From IMG/VR virus record IMGVR_UViG_3300037478_000309, positions 1-45,014 of that record: a stretch of 45,014 nucleotides of DNA; one strand, written 5' to 3'. This document shows, piece after piece, positions 7,972 to 15,746 of the stretch; position 1 is the first letter of the stretch; each line of letters opens with the position of its first letter. The notes beneath the pieces were generated by a model that saw only the letters and a program-made list of their open reading frames with translations, made no database searches and was not told the origin of the DNA. The position numbers and the translations under genes are program-made. Source of the stretch: a virus. Lineage: Duplodnaviria > Caudoviricetes.

Positions 7972-8429
7972 CGGGCACGCTCCTCTCCCGGCCATAGATC
8001 GCACGGCTTCGGTTCCTCGTAATAGCCGGGACAGCGATTCGTACTGGTACATATCCCAGCGGCAGCCTCTCCCGGGACGCTTCTCCCGACCGGGGCCTTT
8101 GCCCGCCCACACGTCGAACACTCTGGACGACAGCCAGTTTCGCATGGCGGCTTCGGGTATCCAGCGGCAGCACACACAAAGCCGTACCAGTCGGTATCGT
8201 CCGTCCGCGCCTTCGCCGGGGTCATCGAGTCGCCTTTCGCCTTGGCGATGGCATCAAGCCCTTGATGGCATGGACACGATGCAGCCCCGTCGCACTCATG
8301 CGCCTCTAGGACTGCTTCCAGCGCAGCGAGAAGGTCGGCCACTCGTTTGACAAGCCCATGTTTGATGTAGGCGCAATTGTCACACCCACAGACACAATCG
8401 TAATTCGGTGTGTGCTTCGTCTCGCTCAT
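7968..8429 (-). CDS. Cys-rich hypothetical protein
   Basis: GGGGAGGAG RBS; MSETKHTP...ADLLAALE module typical of phage accessory genes. Confidence 0.6.
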   Translation of the reverse strand: MSETKHTPNYDCVCGCDNCAYIKHGLVKRVADLLAALEAVLEAHECDGAASCPCHQGLDAIAKAKGDSMTPAKARTDDTDWYGFVCAAAGYPKPPCETGCRPECSTCGRAKAPVGRSVPGEAAAGICTSTNRCPGYYEEPKPCDLWPGEERAR

Positions 8430-8460
8430 CGTGCTCCTCCCCAATGCGTCAACTGGAACA

Positions 8461-8608
8461 GGCTGGCGGGCCGGATCCCCCACCCGGCTCCCTATCTAAA
8501 CTGCGAAGGCGGCCTTTGGTCTGCGACAGTTTGGATCGTCGCCATCTGCAACCCGCTCACAGCAGGTAGCCGCCACACTCCCCCGGCGCTGTGACGCCGC
8601 CGCCAGCC
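8461..8608 (-). ncRNA. Candidate structured ncRNA B (148 nt, multibranch)
   Basis: Closing stem GGCUGGCGG/CCGCCAGCC plus four internal hairpins with G-U pairs on the minus strand; no credible ORF. Confidence 0.5.
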
Positions 8609-8626
8609 ATCTCGTCACCATGTATA

Positions 8627-8744
8627 GGCTGCCCCATCACCGCTCGCTACCCACCCGGAATTAGCAGGCGCTACATCGGCGCCGAGTAGTCTTTCGATCA
8701 CTCTTCCTGCGTACCGGCCTAAGCCTCGTCCGTGTGGGGCAGCC
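8627..8744 (-). ncRNA. Candidate structured ncRNA A (118 nt)
   Basis: 10-bp closing stem GGCUGCCCCA/UGGGGCAGCC, GAAA-tetraloop hairpin, GGCGC/GCGCC hairpin. Confidence 0.5.
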
Positions 8745-8750
8745 ATCTCT

Positions 8751-8999
8751 TCACACCCTCGGGTCCATGCTATCCCTCCACTTCCGCCAGCACGCCTTGC
8801 ACAACTCGTGCAGTGAGTCGTCATCGCACAGTTGCACGGTGCCTCCCTCGCAGCAGCACTCCCCGCCCATCGCCATGCACACCTTCTCGCCGTGGAACTC
8901 GTGTGGGCACCAGTCGCACTTGTCGGGCTCATCCATCACGCAGTCCGCGCACTCGGGGCAATGCACCTCGCTCGGCGGGTCCAGCGTCGGCTCAGCCAC
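8751..8999 (-). CDS. Very Cys-rich small protein
   Basis: GTG after GGTGGAG; CPECADC, CDWC, CCC, CKAC. Confidence 0.55.
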   Translation of the reverse strand: MAEPTLDPPSEVHCPECADCVMDEPDKCDWCPHEFHGEKVCMAMGGECCCEGGTVQLCDDDSLHELCKACWRKWRDSMDPRV

Positions 9000-9198
9000 G
9001 TCTCCACCCCCACCTGTCCATGCTGCGAATATTCGCCATGCGGCACTCGGGGCAGCACCGGCCACCCTGGCGAATGGTGTTATTGCCGAAGTCCAGCACC
9101 GAATGCACCACCGTGCAGGCGTAGACGCCCTGGCAGAAGATGCAGACATGCTCGCCGCCGCCGGGGCCGTGCTGATGGATGGTGTCGTAGGTGCTCAC
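8992..9198 (-). CDS. Small Cys-rich protein
   Basis: GTG after GGAGG; CIFC, CCPEC. Confidence 0.5.
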   Translation of the reverse strand: MSTYDTIHQHGPGGGEHVCIFCQGVYACTVVHSVLDFGNNTIRQGGRCCPECRMANIRSMDRWGWRRG

Positions 9199-9587
9199 TC
9201 GGCCTCCACCTCTGGGCACTCCCACCTGACAACCGTGCGTGTCACCTCCCGACTCTCCCTGCGCATAGTCACCGGCACATAGACTTCCTCAGTCGTGGTG
9301 ACTTGCGTCTCCACCTTCTTGCATGAGAGCGGCCCACGCCAGTCGGCATAGATGCGAATCTTGATGCCGCTTGGCATGGTGGTGTGGTATTCCCACCAAT
9401 CAACACTTTTGGTGGGAGACACCTTCTGCCAAATCTGGCCTGGAAACGCGGCCCGCACGGCCGACACAGCATCGCCGCTTGCCTGAATCTCCAAGACGCT
9501 GTGCATCTCTGCATTGTAATAAGTTCCCACCGGCAGCGCCTCGATGAGCGGCACGAACTCTGAGTAATTCTCGAATCTGTAGCTCAT
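9195..9587 (-). CDS. Hypothetical protein
   Basis: 130 aa; GGGAGGA RBS. Confidence 0.65.
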   Translation of the reverse strand: MSYRFENYSEFVPLIEALPVGTYYNAEMHSVLEIQASGDAVSAVRAAFPGQIWQKVSPTKSVDWWEYHTTMPSGIKIRIYADWRGPLSCKKVETQVTTTEEVYVPVTMRRESREVTRTVVRWECPEVEAE

Positions 9588-9625
9588 GGTGTCTATTCCT
9601 CCCGCCACCTAGGCCGCATAGAAAT

Positions 9626-9835
9626 CTACATGACCACTTCGCGCTCACCGTCTAGAGTCAACTCTTCGCAGGTGGTTTTAGCGTGGTCAAGCCATACATC
9701 CCCACCCTCGTCTCCAGCCTCACCAGAAGCCAACAGGCGCGCATCGGCTTCGTCCGCCGTGCGAATCACCATGCCAAAGCATTTGTCGTACCACGGATTC
9801 CATGTCTTGACTGGTCGCAGCAACCATAGCTTCAT
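9626..9835 (-). CDS. Hypothetical protein
   Basis: MKLWLLRP...WYDK; GGGAGGA RBS directly after a promoter. Confidence 0.65.
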   Translation of the reverse strand: MKLWLLRPVKTWNPWYDKCFGMVIRTADEADARLLASGEAGDEGGDVWLDHAKTTCEELTLDGEREVVM

Positions 9836-9854
9836 GTGTTTCCTCCCGACACAG

Positions 9855-9883
9855 AGTATGCGGCGCTGTCTGGCGGGTGTCAA
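9855..9883 (-). promoter_or_regulatory. Sigma70-type early promoter
   Basis: TTGACA-17 nt-CATACT on minus strand. Confidence 0.75.
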
Positions 9884-9944
9884 GAACTATTTTCAACTAT
9901 CTGCATGCCGCTATGTGCCTACTCTCCCAAGGGTTACGCGGCAC

Positions 9945-9972
9945 TTGCATTCCTGCGCCAGTTTGCTAGTAT
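9945..9972 (+). promoter_or_regulatory. Possible divergent promoter for the helicase operon
   Basis: TTGCAT-16 nt-TAGTAT. Confidence 0.35.
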
Positions 9973-10020
9973 GCGCCTGACGGATCGCAACCGTCGCGCC
10001 TTAAACACCTCGCGGGGTGG

Positions 10021-10878
10021 GTGGTTCATCCGGCCACCTGCCCCGCCCCTCACCGGATGGAGGGTACGCTGCAAACCCGCGAATCGCTGCTCGAACTTCT
10101 GAGTGGGCCACCACCAGAAGCCGATTGGCTCGTCCCCAACCTCATACCAAAAGGCAGTCTCATAGCAATGTGTGGCCTAGCTGGCGTGGGCAAGAGTGTG
10201 TTTGGCTACACGCTGGCCATGGCGTCGGGTAGCGGGTGTCCCATATTGGGCCGCCCCACCACCCCGGCCCGCATACTCTACATTGATGAGGAGAATGGCC
10301 ACCGGGACCGCCGGGCCTACGTCTACCGCGCCTGGGTAGGCTTGGGCCGCCCCGACAAGGCCGTGCTGGCCGCCAACGTTGCCATTCACGGCTTCGCACT
10401 CTCCACCAGCGACGGCCCGTGGGAGGTTACCCTCCGCGCCCTAGCCGCCGAGTTCAAGCCCAACTTGATCGTGATCGACACGGTGACACCCGCCTTCCGG
10501 ATCAAGGATGAAAACAGCAACGGCGAGGCCGCAATAGCCGCCCAAAAACTAAGGGGGGTTATGAATTCGGCCGCAACCGACTGTGCGGCTATCATCATGA
10601 AACACCTCCGCGTAAACCACGATACCGGACAGGTGGATATGCGGGGTGCCAAGTTCTGGAAAGGGACGGTAGACGCCATATGGTACCACCGCCGGCCCGG
10701 TGGCCGCCCTCGTAAAGACGGCCTCTACAAGACTTACATCAGGCCCGAGAAGGTACGCGCCTTCGGGCTGCAAACCGAGATTGAGATCGACGCACAGCGG
10801 ATCGAGGACGGTCACGGGTTGATTCTGGTAGGCACGGATAGGCCGCTGGAGGACAAAAAGTCGGGTTGGGACGAATAA
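10021..10878 (+). CDS. AAA_25 / RepA-like RecA-superfamily helicase
   Basis: DWLVPNLIP, Walker A GLAGVGKS, LYIDEE, Walker B IVIDT, DENSN; start may be ATG 10057. Confidence 0.85.
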   Translation: MVHPATCPAPHRMEGTLQTRESLLELLSGPPPEADWLVPNLIPKGSLIAMCGLAGVGKSVFGYTLAMASGSGCPILGRPTTPARILYIDEENGHRDRRAYVYRAWVGLGRPDKAVLAANVAIHGFALSTSDGPWEVTLRALAAEFKPNLIVIDTVTPAFRIKDENSNGEAAIAAQKLRGVMNSAATDCAAIIMKHLRVNHDTGQVDMRGAKFWKGTVDAIWYHRRPGGRPRKDGLYKTYIRPEKVRAFGLQTEIEIDAQRIEDGHGLILVGTDRPLEDKKSGWDE

Positions 10879-10931
10879 ACGGAAACCTACCCCCCCTGTA
10901 AGGGGTTATTAGTTTTGAGGAGAAAGAGGCG

Positions 10932-11792
10932 ATGAAGAAAAGTAGAGCGTTGGTGGTGGCGTTGCCGCCTTGGGAGCGGCCAACCGATTTAGAGGTGGCT
11001 GCTACTGTCCTTGATACTCTTGAGCAGACCACCGAAGCAGCAGCGTACTGCACCGGGAAAGTATTGAGTTGGGCATTTAGGGAAACCGGTGGTGGCAAGA
11101 AGTTTGACCTATGGCTGGCGGAAAAGGTGCAACGTATTGGCAGGTCCACCGCTTTTACGAGAATGCTTTATTCCTCTGCGTGCGATGAGGAGGGGAAGCT
11201 ACTAGAAGATCTTAAGCCAAAACTCTGTCCAACAATTGGACAGCCACAACCCCTTCTGCCTCTACCAGATGGGAAATTTAGAGTCATCGTTGCCGACCCG
11301 CCTTGGCCATATGGCACGGTGTACGATCCAGAATCCAGGCGTGTGGCCAACCCATACCCTGAGCTTTCTATTGATGAGTTGAAGGCGATGAAGGTTTCCG
11401 ATAGGGCGGCAGAGGATGCCTTCCTATGGCTCTGGACCACCAATTCATTCATTCGAGACGCTTTCGATATTTGCGAGTTCTGGGGATTTACGCCTAAAAC
11501 GATTCTCACCTGGGACAAGGTCTCGATGGGTATTGGAGCATGGCTTAGGGGTCGAACCGAGCATTGCATCTTGGCTACTGTCGGCGCGCCGACAATCCAC
11601 CTAACCAACGAGACCACTCTACTGGTTGAGAAGCGTCGCCAGCACAGCCGCAAGCCAGAGAAGTTCTATAAGCTAGTCGAAAAGATGTGCCCAGCCATAG
11701 ACGGCGAGCGCCTTGAAATATTCAGTCGCACCGGGCGTAAGGGATGGGTTACGTTTGGCAATGAGACAAATAAATTTGAGGAGGCAGGATGA
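10932..11792 (+). CDS. MT-A70-family N6-adenine methyltransferase with DUF3102-like N-terminus
   Basis: IVADPPW, FLWLWTTN, TEHCILA, HSRKPE, LEIFSR...GW..FGNE. Confidence 0.9.
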   Translation: MKKSRALVVALPPWERPTDLEVAATVLDTLEQTTEAAAYCTGKVLSWAFRETGGGKKFDLWLAEKVQRIGRSTAFTRMLYSSACDEEGKLLEDLKPKLCPTIGQPQPLLPLPDGKFRVIVADPPWPYGTVYDPESRRVANPYPELSIDELKAMKVSDRAAEDAFLWLWTTNSFIRDAFDICEFWGFTPKTILTWDKVSMGIGAWLRGRTEHCILATVGAPTIHLTNETTLLVEKRRQHSRKPEKFYKLVEKMCPAIDGERLEIFSRTGRKGWVTFGNETNKFEEAG

Positions 11793-12430
11793 TACCATTC
11801 AACAAGACAGAGAAATTCTTGATGGGCCGCGCTGGCGAGCGAGAGATTCTTGGCGTTATTAATTCCTTCGGCTGGTGGACGATGATTACCGCAGATTATA
11901 GCGGTGAGAATGGTGATAAAGCCCCGCGTCTCTATGGCCCCAAGGACCAGAAAATAGTCGTGCCGGACATATGCGCCTTTCAAGTTGAGGCAAAGAAAAA
12001 TGGCAAGGCTGCATGGTTCGAGGTGAAAACCAAAACCCATCCGTGCGATAGGCCAGCAACCAAGGGCGAGAGAGAGCATGGCATCCCGTATCGTCACTAT
12101 GAGGAGTATTTGAGAGTAGAGAAAGAAACCGGCGTGCCGGTGATTCTGGTTATATATGAATTGAACAGCGACATAGCTGGTAAAGATGGAATCAAGTCGA
12201 TGCTATGCGCCTCGCTTGCCAAGCTGAAATCATACGGTGTTAGGTTTCACCCAAGGGGTTATGGGTATCAACATGACATGGGTTTTATCAAGCGGTGCAA
12301 CCTTATTCCGCTTACTGATGCCCTTGCAACTTGGGCATTGCCACAACCAACTTCTTCCATGAACCAAATGATCCAGCCAACCGGTACCGGCACAGCGCAG
12401 GCAGCCCATTACCGCAACGACGCCAAGTAA
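11789..12430 (+). CDS. PD-(D/E)xK superfamily nuclease
   Basis: GRAGE helix, VPDI and WFEVKTK; ATGA-coupled to the MT-A70 gene. Confidence 0.65.
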   Translation: MIPFNKTEKFLMGRAGEREILGVINSFGWWTMITADYSGENGDKAPRLYGPKDQKIVVPDICAFQVEAKKNGKAAWFEVKTKTHPCDRPATKGEREHGIPYRHYEEYLRVEKETGVPVILVIYELNSDIAGKDGIKSMLCASLAKLKSYGVRFHPRGYGYQHDMGFIKRCNLIPLTDALATWALPQPTSSMNQMIQPTGTGTAQAAHYRNDAK

Positions 12431-12431
12431 A

Positions 12432-12791
12432 TCACCTCACTTGCCTATTTAGCCTCTCGTTATGCACCGCGCACAGCCCATGAATCACCGTGCCGCCAAT
12501 CAGCGCCCACCTAGCCGCCTTGGGGTGCTTGGGGGCTATCTTCTCAGCGGCTACCCAGACCAGCGTGCTCCAGGCCACATACTTGACGGCTAGGCTGCGG
12601 TCGCTAGGCCGAGCTTCGGATAGCGGGTTAGCCTCGGTGTAGCCCCGGTCCATGCCGCGCTCTGTGGACCATATATCAGCCGTGAAGGCTATCTGATAGG
12701 CCACCAAGGCGCGGCGGATATCAAGCTCAGCAGCCACTAGTGGCCCGCAGAAGCAGGCCAGAAGCAGGCAGGTGGCCACCTTGCGAATCAT
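12432..12791 (-). CDS. Membrane/exported protein (DUF5658-like)
   Basis: Signal-like N-terminus; ADxxST...G..EANPL motif; hydrophobic helices. Confidence 0.55.
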   Translation of the reverse strand: MIRKVATCLLLACFCGPLVAAELDIRRALVAYQIAFTADIWSTERGMDRGYTEANPLSEARPSDRSLAVKYVAWSTLVWVAAEKIAPKHPKAARWALIGGTVIHGLCAVHNERLNRQVR

Positions 12792-13006
12792 GCCGTCCTC
12801 GGGAAGAATCTACGCTGCGGCGGCCTACACTCGCCAATATGGCAGGCAGAGACAGCAAGAAAAGCCTCTAACAGTGCATCGCCTTGGCTTTCTGGCGGAT
12901 TGACTCGGTAATCCATTAACTGCAATTCCTGCTTACACCTTGGGCACGTTATGGTTATTTGCATGCCGTATAGCAGCCCGGCTATCATGCCGTCCACCAC
13001 GCCCAA
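12788..13006 (-). CDS. Small zinc-binding hypothetical protein
   Basis: CPRC...CHIGEC; start uncertain. Confidence 0.45.
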   Translation of the reverse strand: MGVVDGMIAGLLYGMQITITCPRCKQELQLMDYRVNPPESQGDALLEAFLAVSACHIGECRPPQRRFFPRTA

Positions 13007-13092
13007 GCCGCCAGCAGCAGCCCAAAGGTAGCCGTCGCTACCAGCAGGACTAGTGCCATGTCCAAATCAGCATCCCTAGTCTCCCTTCTCAC
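12985..13092 (-). CDS. Small single-TM protein
   Basis: MALVLLVATATFGLLLAAWAWW hydrophobic stretch; start uncertain. Confidence 0.4.
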   Translation of the reverse strand: MRRETRDADLDMALVLLVATATFGLLLAAWAWWTA

Positions 13093-13343
13093 GGTTGCAC
13101 CGCCACATCGGCCTTGCGCTGGAATTGCCGCCCCCTTGGCGTAGAACGCGCTACAGGAGGCCATTTCTTGATGTGAATAGCCTTCAGGGGTAGCCGCAGC
13201 CACACCCCTTTCGCCTGTGCCCCGGTCTGCTTATAGCCGAACTTGGCGCATCTCCTTATGATTGCTTGGTTTTCGGTCCAAATCTCGGCGTAATTGCCGT
13301 CATAGTCGAGTCGAATGATGGTTTCCTTGGCGTCTCTCTGCAT
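13089..13343 (-). CDS. Hypothetical protein
   Basis: AAAGGGG RBS; ETII..D....AEIWT motif. Confidence 0.6.
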   Translation of the reverse strand: MQRDAKETIIRLDYDGNYAEIWTENQAIIRRCAKFGYKQTGAQAKGVWLRLPLKAIHIKKWPPVARSTPRGRQFQRKADVAVQP

Positions 13344-13425
13344 GTGGACCCCTTTCGCATATACTCGGTTGTAGCGCAATAGCAGCACCTAACGCATAGA
13401 CAGTGAAGGCAGTTAAGCGCGTCGG

Positions 13426-13587
13426 CTACGTGCAAGCCGCCTCCTGGATGGCCGAGTCTATGAGGTCCTCGGCGATCTCCCGCCAGAGTCTCGCATGGCA
13501 GCGATGGCAGGTATAGGCTCCCGGGTCGCAGCGTGAGGGGCATAGCATGCAATATCCCCGGCGCTCGGTGGACATGTTAGCGGCCAT
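13426..13587 (-). CDS. Small zinc-finger-like protein (below ORF-track cutoff)
   Basis: 53 aa read manually; CMLC...CHRC. Confidence 0.45.
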   Translation of the reverse strand: MAANMSTERRGYCMLCPSRCDPGAYTCHRCHARLWREIAEDLIDSAIQEAACT

Positions 13588-13605
13588 CAGAGCAGATCCG
13601 CGGGC

Positions 13606-13851
13606 TTAGGCATCTGGGACTCCTACGGCGCGGAGGGCAGCGCGGCACGTCTGACGGATGTACTTGACGAACGTCTCATCCTGCCGATTCTCGCAATTGG
13701 CGGCCATCTCGCGGAGCGCCTCCACCAAGTCAGCATTGACGTTGACTAGCCGGTTGTGCTCCTCCCGCAAGATTCCAGACTCCGACTTGCGGATGAGGTG
13801 ATCAGGCCACAGCCACGATCTCGTGCGACTCTCCGTTGCTGGCTTGCTCAT
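13606..13851 (-). CDS. Hypothetical protein
   Basis: GGGAGG RBS; ADLVEAL module. Confidence 0.6.
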   Translation of the reverse strand: MSKPATESRTRSWLWPDHLIRKSESGILREEHNRLVNVNADLVEALREMAANCENRQDETFVKYIRQTCRAALRAVGVPDA

Positions 13852-13863
13852 TCGCGCCTCCCC

Positions 13864-14097
13864 TCAGTCCACGAACACAAAGGCATACCCGGTCCGCGTC
13901 CCGCCGCCGGCCAGCTTGCCGCTCCACCCCATCTTGTCTCGCAGCGCCTCCGCCGCCTTGAGGTGACACGCCTCCCCGCTCAGTTCATACGGGTATGAGA
14001 TAGAGACTCGATTGCCGTCCCCATCATCCGCAATGATGCGGCTCCCCTTGGTATCCGTAGGCCCCTTGTACCGCGTCACAATCGCCTTGTATGGCAT
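13864..14097 (-). CDS. Phage hypothetical protein
   Basis: GGGGAGGA RBS; AIVTRYKGPTDTKGSRI. Confidence 0.7.
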   Translation of the reverse strand: MPYKAIVTRYKGPTDTKGSRIIADDGDGNRVSISYPYELSGEACHLKAAEALRDKMGWSGKLAGGGTRTGYAFVFVD

Positions 14098-14124
14098 GTC
14101 ATCCTCCCCTGACAGACTGGTTAA

Positions 14125-14349
14125 CTACTTGCTCGCTGGCCGATTCTCCCGGCTGGCGGGCCGGACATCATGCTTAAGGTCGCGGCAAGTCGTGGCGTCG
14201 TAGTAGAACTTGGGTGCCCCAAGGATGCCGCACGAATAGCAATAGCCGCTCGTCGCTGCCCGCCTCATGGCCGCACCCTCATGCTGCGCGTGCATCGCAG
14301 GGGTTCCGTCGCAAGTGTCACAGTCCTCCGGGCGCACACGATGAGTCAT
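14125..14349 (-). CDS. Small zinc-finger-like protein
   Basis: CDTC, CYSC...C..LKHDVRP. Confidence 0.5.
   Translation of the reverse strand: MTHRVRPEDCDTCDGTPAMHAQHEGAAMRRAATSGYCYSCGILGAPKFYYDATTCRDLKHDVRPASRENRPASK
14246..14277. repeat. 32-bp direct repeat, copy 1 (copy 2 at 14806-14837, one mismatch)
   Basis: ccgctcgtcgctgcccgcYtcatggccgcacc. Confidence 0.85.
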
Positions 14350-14828
14350 GGCCGTACCTCATGCAAGTCATGGCCGGGGCAGTCCACCGGGCAATCACCA
14401 TAAGCGTGGTCGAGTGGCCGCACCGCCACGGGCCGGACATCGTGACCCTGAATAGCATCATCTGAGCGGATGCGATGCCCGCGGGCGTCGTGTTTAATGG
14501 CCGCACGAGCATTTAAGATTTTTCTGCACGTTAAACAACGTGCCACTTTGTCCTCCGCGGTAATCGTCTGCACATCGGGTGATTCAGATGAACAAGGATC
14601 TGTACCGTGGCATGGGCAGCCCACCAATAGATCCTGCATCATCCGGCGGGCGCAAGATTCAGCCGCCTCCCATCCGCCGCCCACCTTAAGAGTTTTGGTA
14701 ACGCCATCGGTTAGGCGTTGAACTACCACGCGCCAATCCCATTTACCCTGACTGGCCATCTCGGATAGCGGGTGAATCCAACACCGGAAATATTTGTCCA
14801 TCGTTCCGCTCGTCGCTGCCCGCTTCAT
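14346..14828 (-). CDS. Multi-module Cys/His-rich protein
   Basis: CLTC...HDARGHRIR; GHDVRPVAVRP. Confidence 0.55.
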   Translation of the reverse strand: MKRAATSGTMDKYFRCWIHPLSEMASQGKWDWRVVVQRLTDGVTKTLKVGGGWEAAESCARRMMQDLLVGCPCHGTDPCSSESPDVQTITAEDKVARCLTCRKILNARAAIKHDARGHRIRSDDAIQGHDVRPVAVRPLDHAYGDCPVDCPGHDLHEVRP

Positions 14829-14953
14829 GGCCGCACCGCCACAGGGCGGACGTCGTGGCCTGCGGCGCGGTGTACATCGGCAAGCTCTTCACTGATAGGG
14901 TCGCCTTCCCCACATGCCCCAGATGCGATGCACGTCAAGCATTCCCACTTCAT
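14825..14953 (-). CDS. 42-aa C2H2-like microprotein (below ORF-track cutoff)
   Basis: MKWECLTC...HRAAGHDVRPVAVRP; ATGA overlaps at both ends. Confidence 0.55.
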   Translation of the reverse strand: MKWECLTCIASGACGEGDPISEELADVHRAAGHDVRPVAVRP

Positions 14954-15150
14954 GGCTTCACCTCACGTACCTCATGGCCTGCCGCCCGGCATCGTCCATC
15001 CATCCAGGACCCGGCGAAGAACACCCGGCCGCAACAACTATACTGTTTGCGCGTCTCCGGGTGGGTTCCAACATGCGCTAAGACCGCACTTCTTGTGCCG
15101 GTGTAGCCACACAGCTTGCACTCCGGATGCGGCTCGCGTGTCTCGGTCAT
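14950..15150 (-). CDS. Double zinc-finger-like microprotein
   Basis: CKLC...HVGTH; CC...CRAAGHEVR. Confidence 0.55.
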   Translation of the reverse strand: MTETREPHPECKLCGYTGTRSAVLAHVGTHPETRKQYSCCGRVFFAGSWMDGRCRAAGHEVREVKP

Positions 15151-15347
15151 CGGCTCACCCCCTGTGCCATCGCCTTGCGGATGGCCTTGGCTTCCTTCCG
15201 TGCATGCCAGCTGGCACTCTCACTCGGCGTAACCAGTCTCCCAGAGTGGCAAGCGTCCACGCACCCGTTGATGACCTTGCCGCGCTCGTCGTAGGTGCGC
15301 CACGGCGACTCGGGCCTACGGCAACAGATGTTGCAGGTCTCGGTCAT
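15147..15347 (-). CDS. Small Cys-rich protein
   Basis: AGGAG RBS; CNICC...GCVDACH. Confidence 0.55.
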   Translation of the reverse strand: MTETCNICCRRPESPWRTYDERGKVINGCVDACHSGRLVTPSESASWHARKEAKAIRKAMAQGVSR

Positions 15348-15356
15348 GTGTGTCTC

Positions 15357-15578
15357 CTACCGCGTCACCAGGACACGAAACTCAGGGCGCGCGCCGTGGT
15401 CTAGCGCATAGCGCACTTCAGACGGACAGGCCGACAAGTCGAAAGAGAAGCCGTAAGAGTCGCGGGCGCGGTCTACGGCATACCGATTGACAAGCCTCGC
15501 GGCCCGCTCACGGCTCACGGGCACGATGTAGCCATAGCGGCCCCAAGCGCCGCACATCACAGCGTAATTGAGCGTCAT
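15357..15578 (-). CDS. Hypothetical protein, first gene of the leftward early operon
   Basis: GGGAGGA RBS directly after a promoter. Confidence 0.55.
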   Translation of the reverse strand: MTLNYAVMCGAWGRYGYIVPVSRERAARLVNRYAVDRARDSYGFSFDLSACPSEVRYALDHGARPEFRVLVTR

Positions 15579-15597
15579 GGTGTGTCCTCCCGCGTGT

Positions 15598-15626
15598 AAG
15601 ATAAGGTCACGCGCCCACCGTGTCAA
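15598..15626 (-). promoter_or_regulatory. Sigma70-type early promoter
   Basis: TTGACA-17 nt-TATCTT on minus strand. Confidence 0.75.
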
Positions 15627-15717
15627 CAACTATCTGCCCCCGCCATGCAAACAAAGTGTCCCACCAAACACACGCCATGGCATCCCGCTTGCTTACGCCC
15701 GCCGCCTCACTCAGCAC

Positions 15718-15746
15718 TTGACACATAGGTCAATTGGGTGCATTGT
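15718..15746 (+). promoter_or_regulatory. Possible rightward promoter for the packaging/late operon
   Basis: TTGACA-17 nt-CATTGT. Confidence 0.4.

Noticed and set aside
8461-8744. Assignment of the structured elements to known families (Y RNA from the GGCUG start, raiA-motif-like words such as UAAUUCCGGGU, 6S, tRNA, hammerhead/twister/pistol)
   Set aside because: Only short word matches from memory; no Ro60 gene, T-loop, CCA end or complete ribozyme core is visible, so a covariance search is needed
10932-11792. MunI specificity (CAATTG) for the MT-A70 enzyme
   Set aside because: Family membership does not fix specificity; CAATTG occurs several times in the genome and gives no signal either way
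14246-14837. CRISPR-like mini-array from the 32-bp repeat
   Set aside because: Only two copies 560 bp apart, both in coding sequence, and no cas genes
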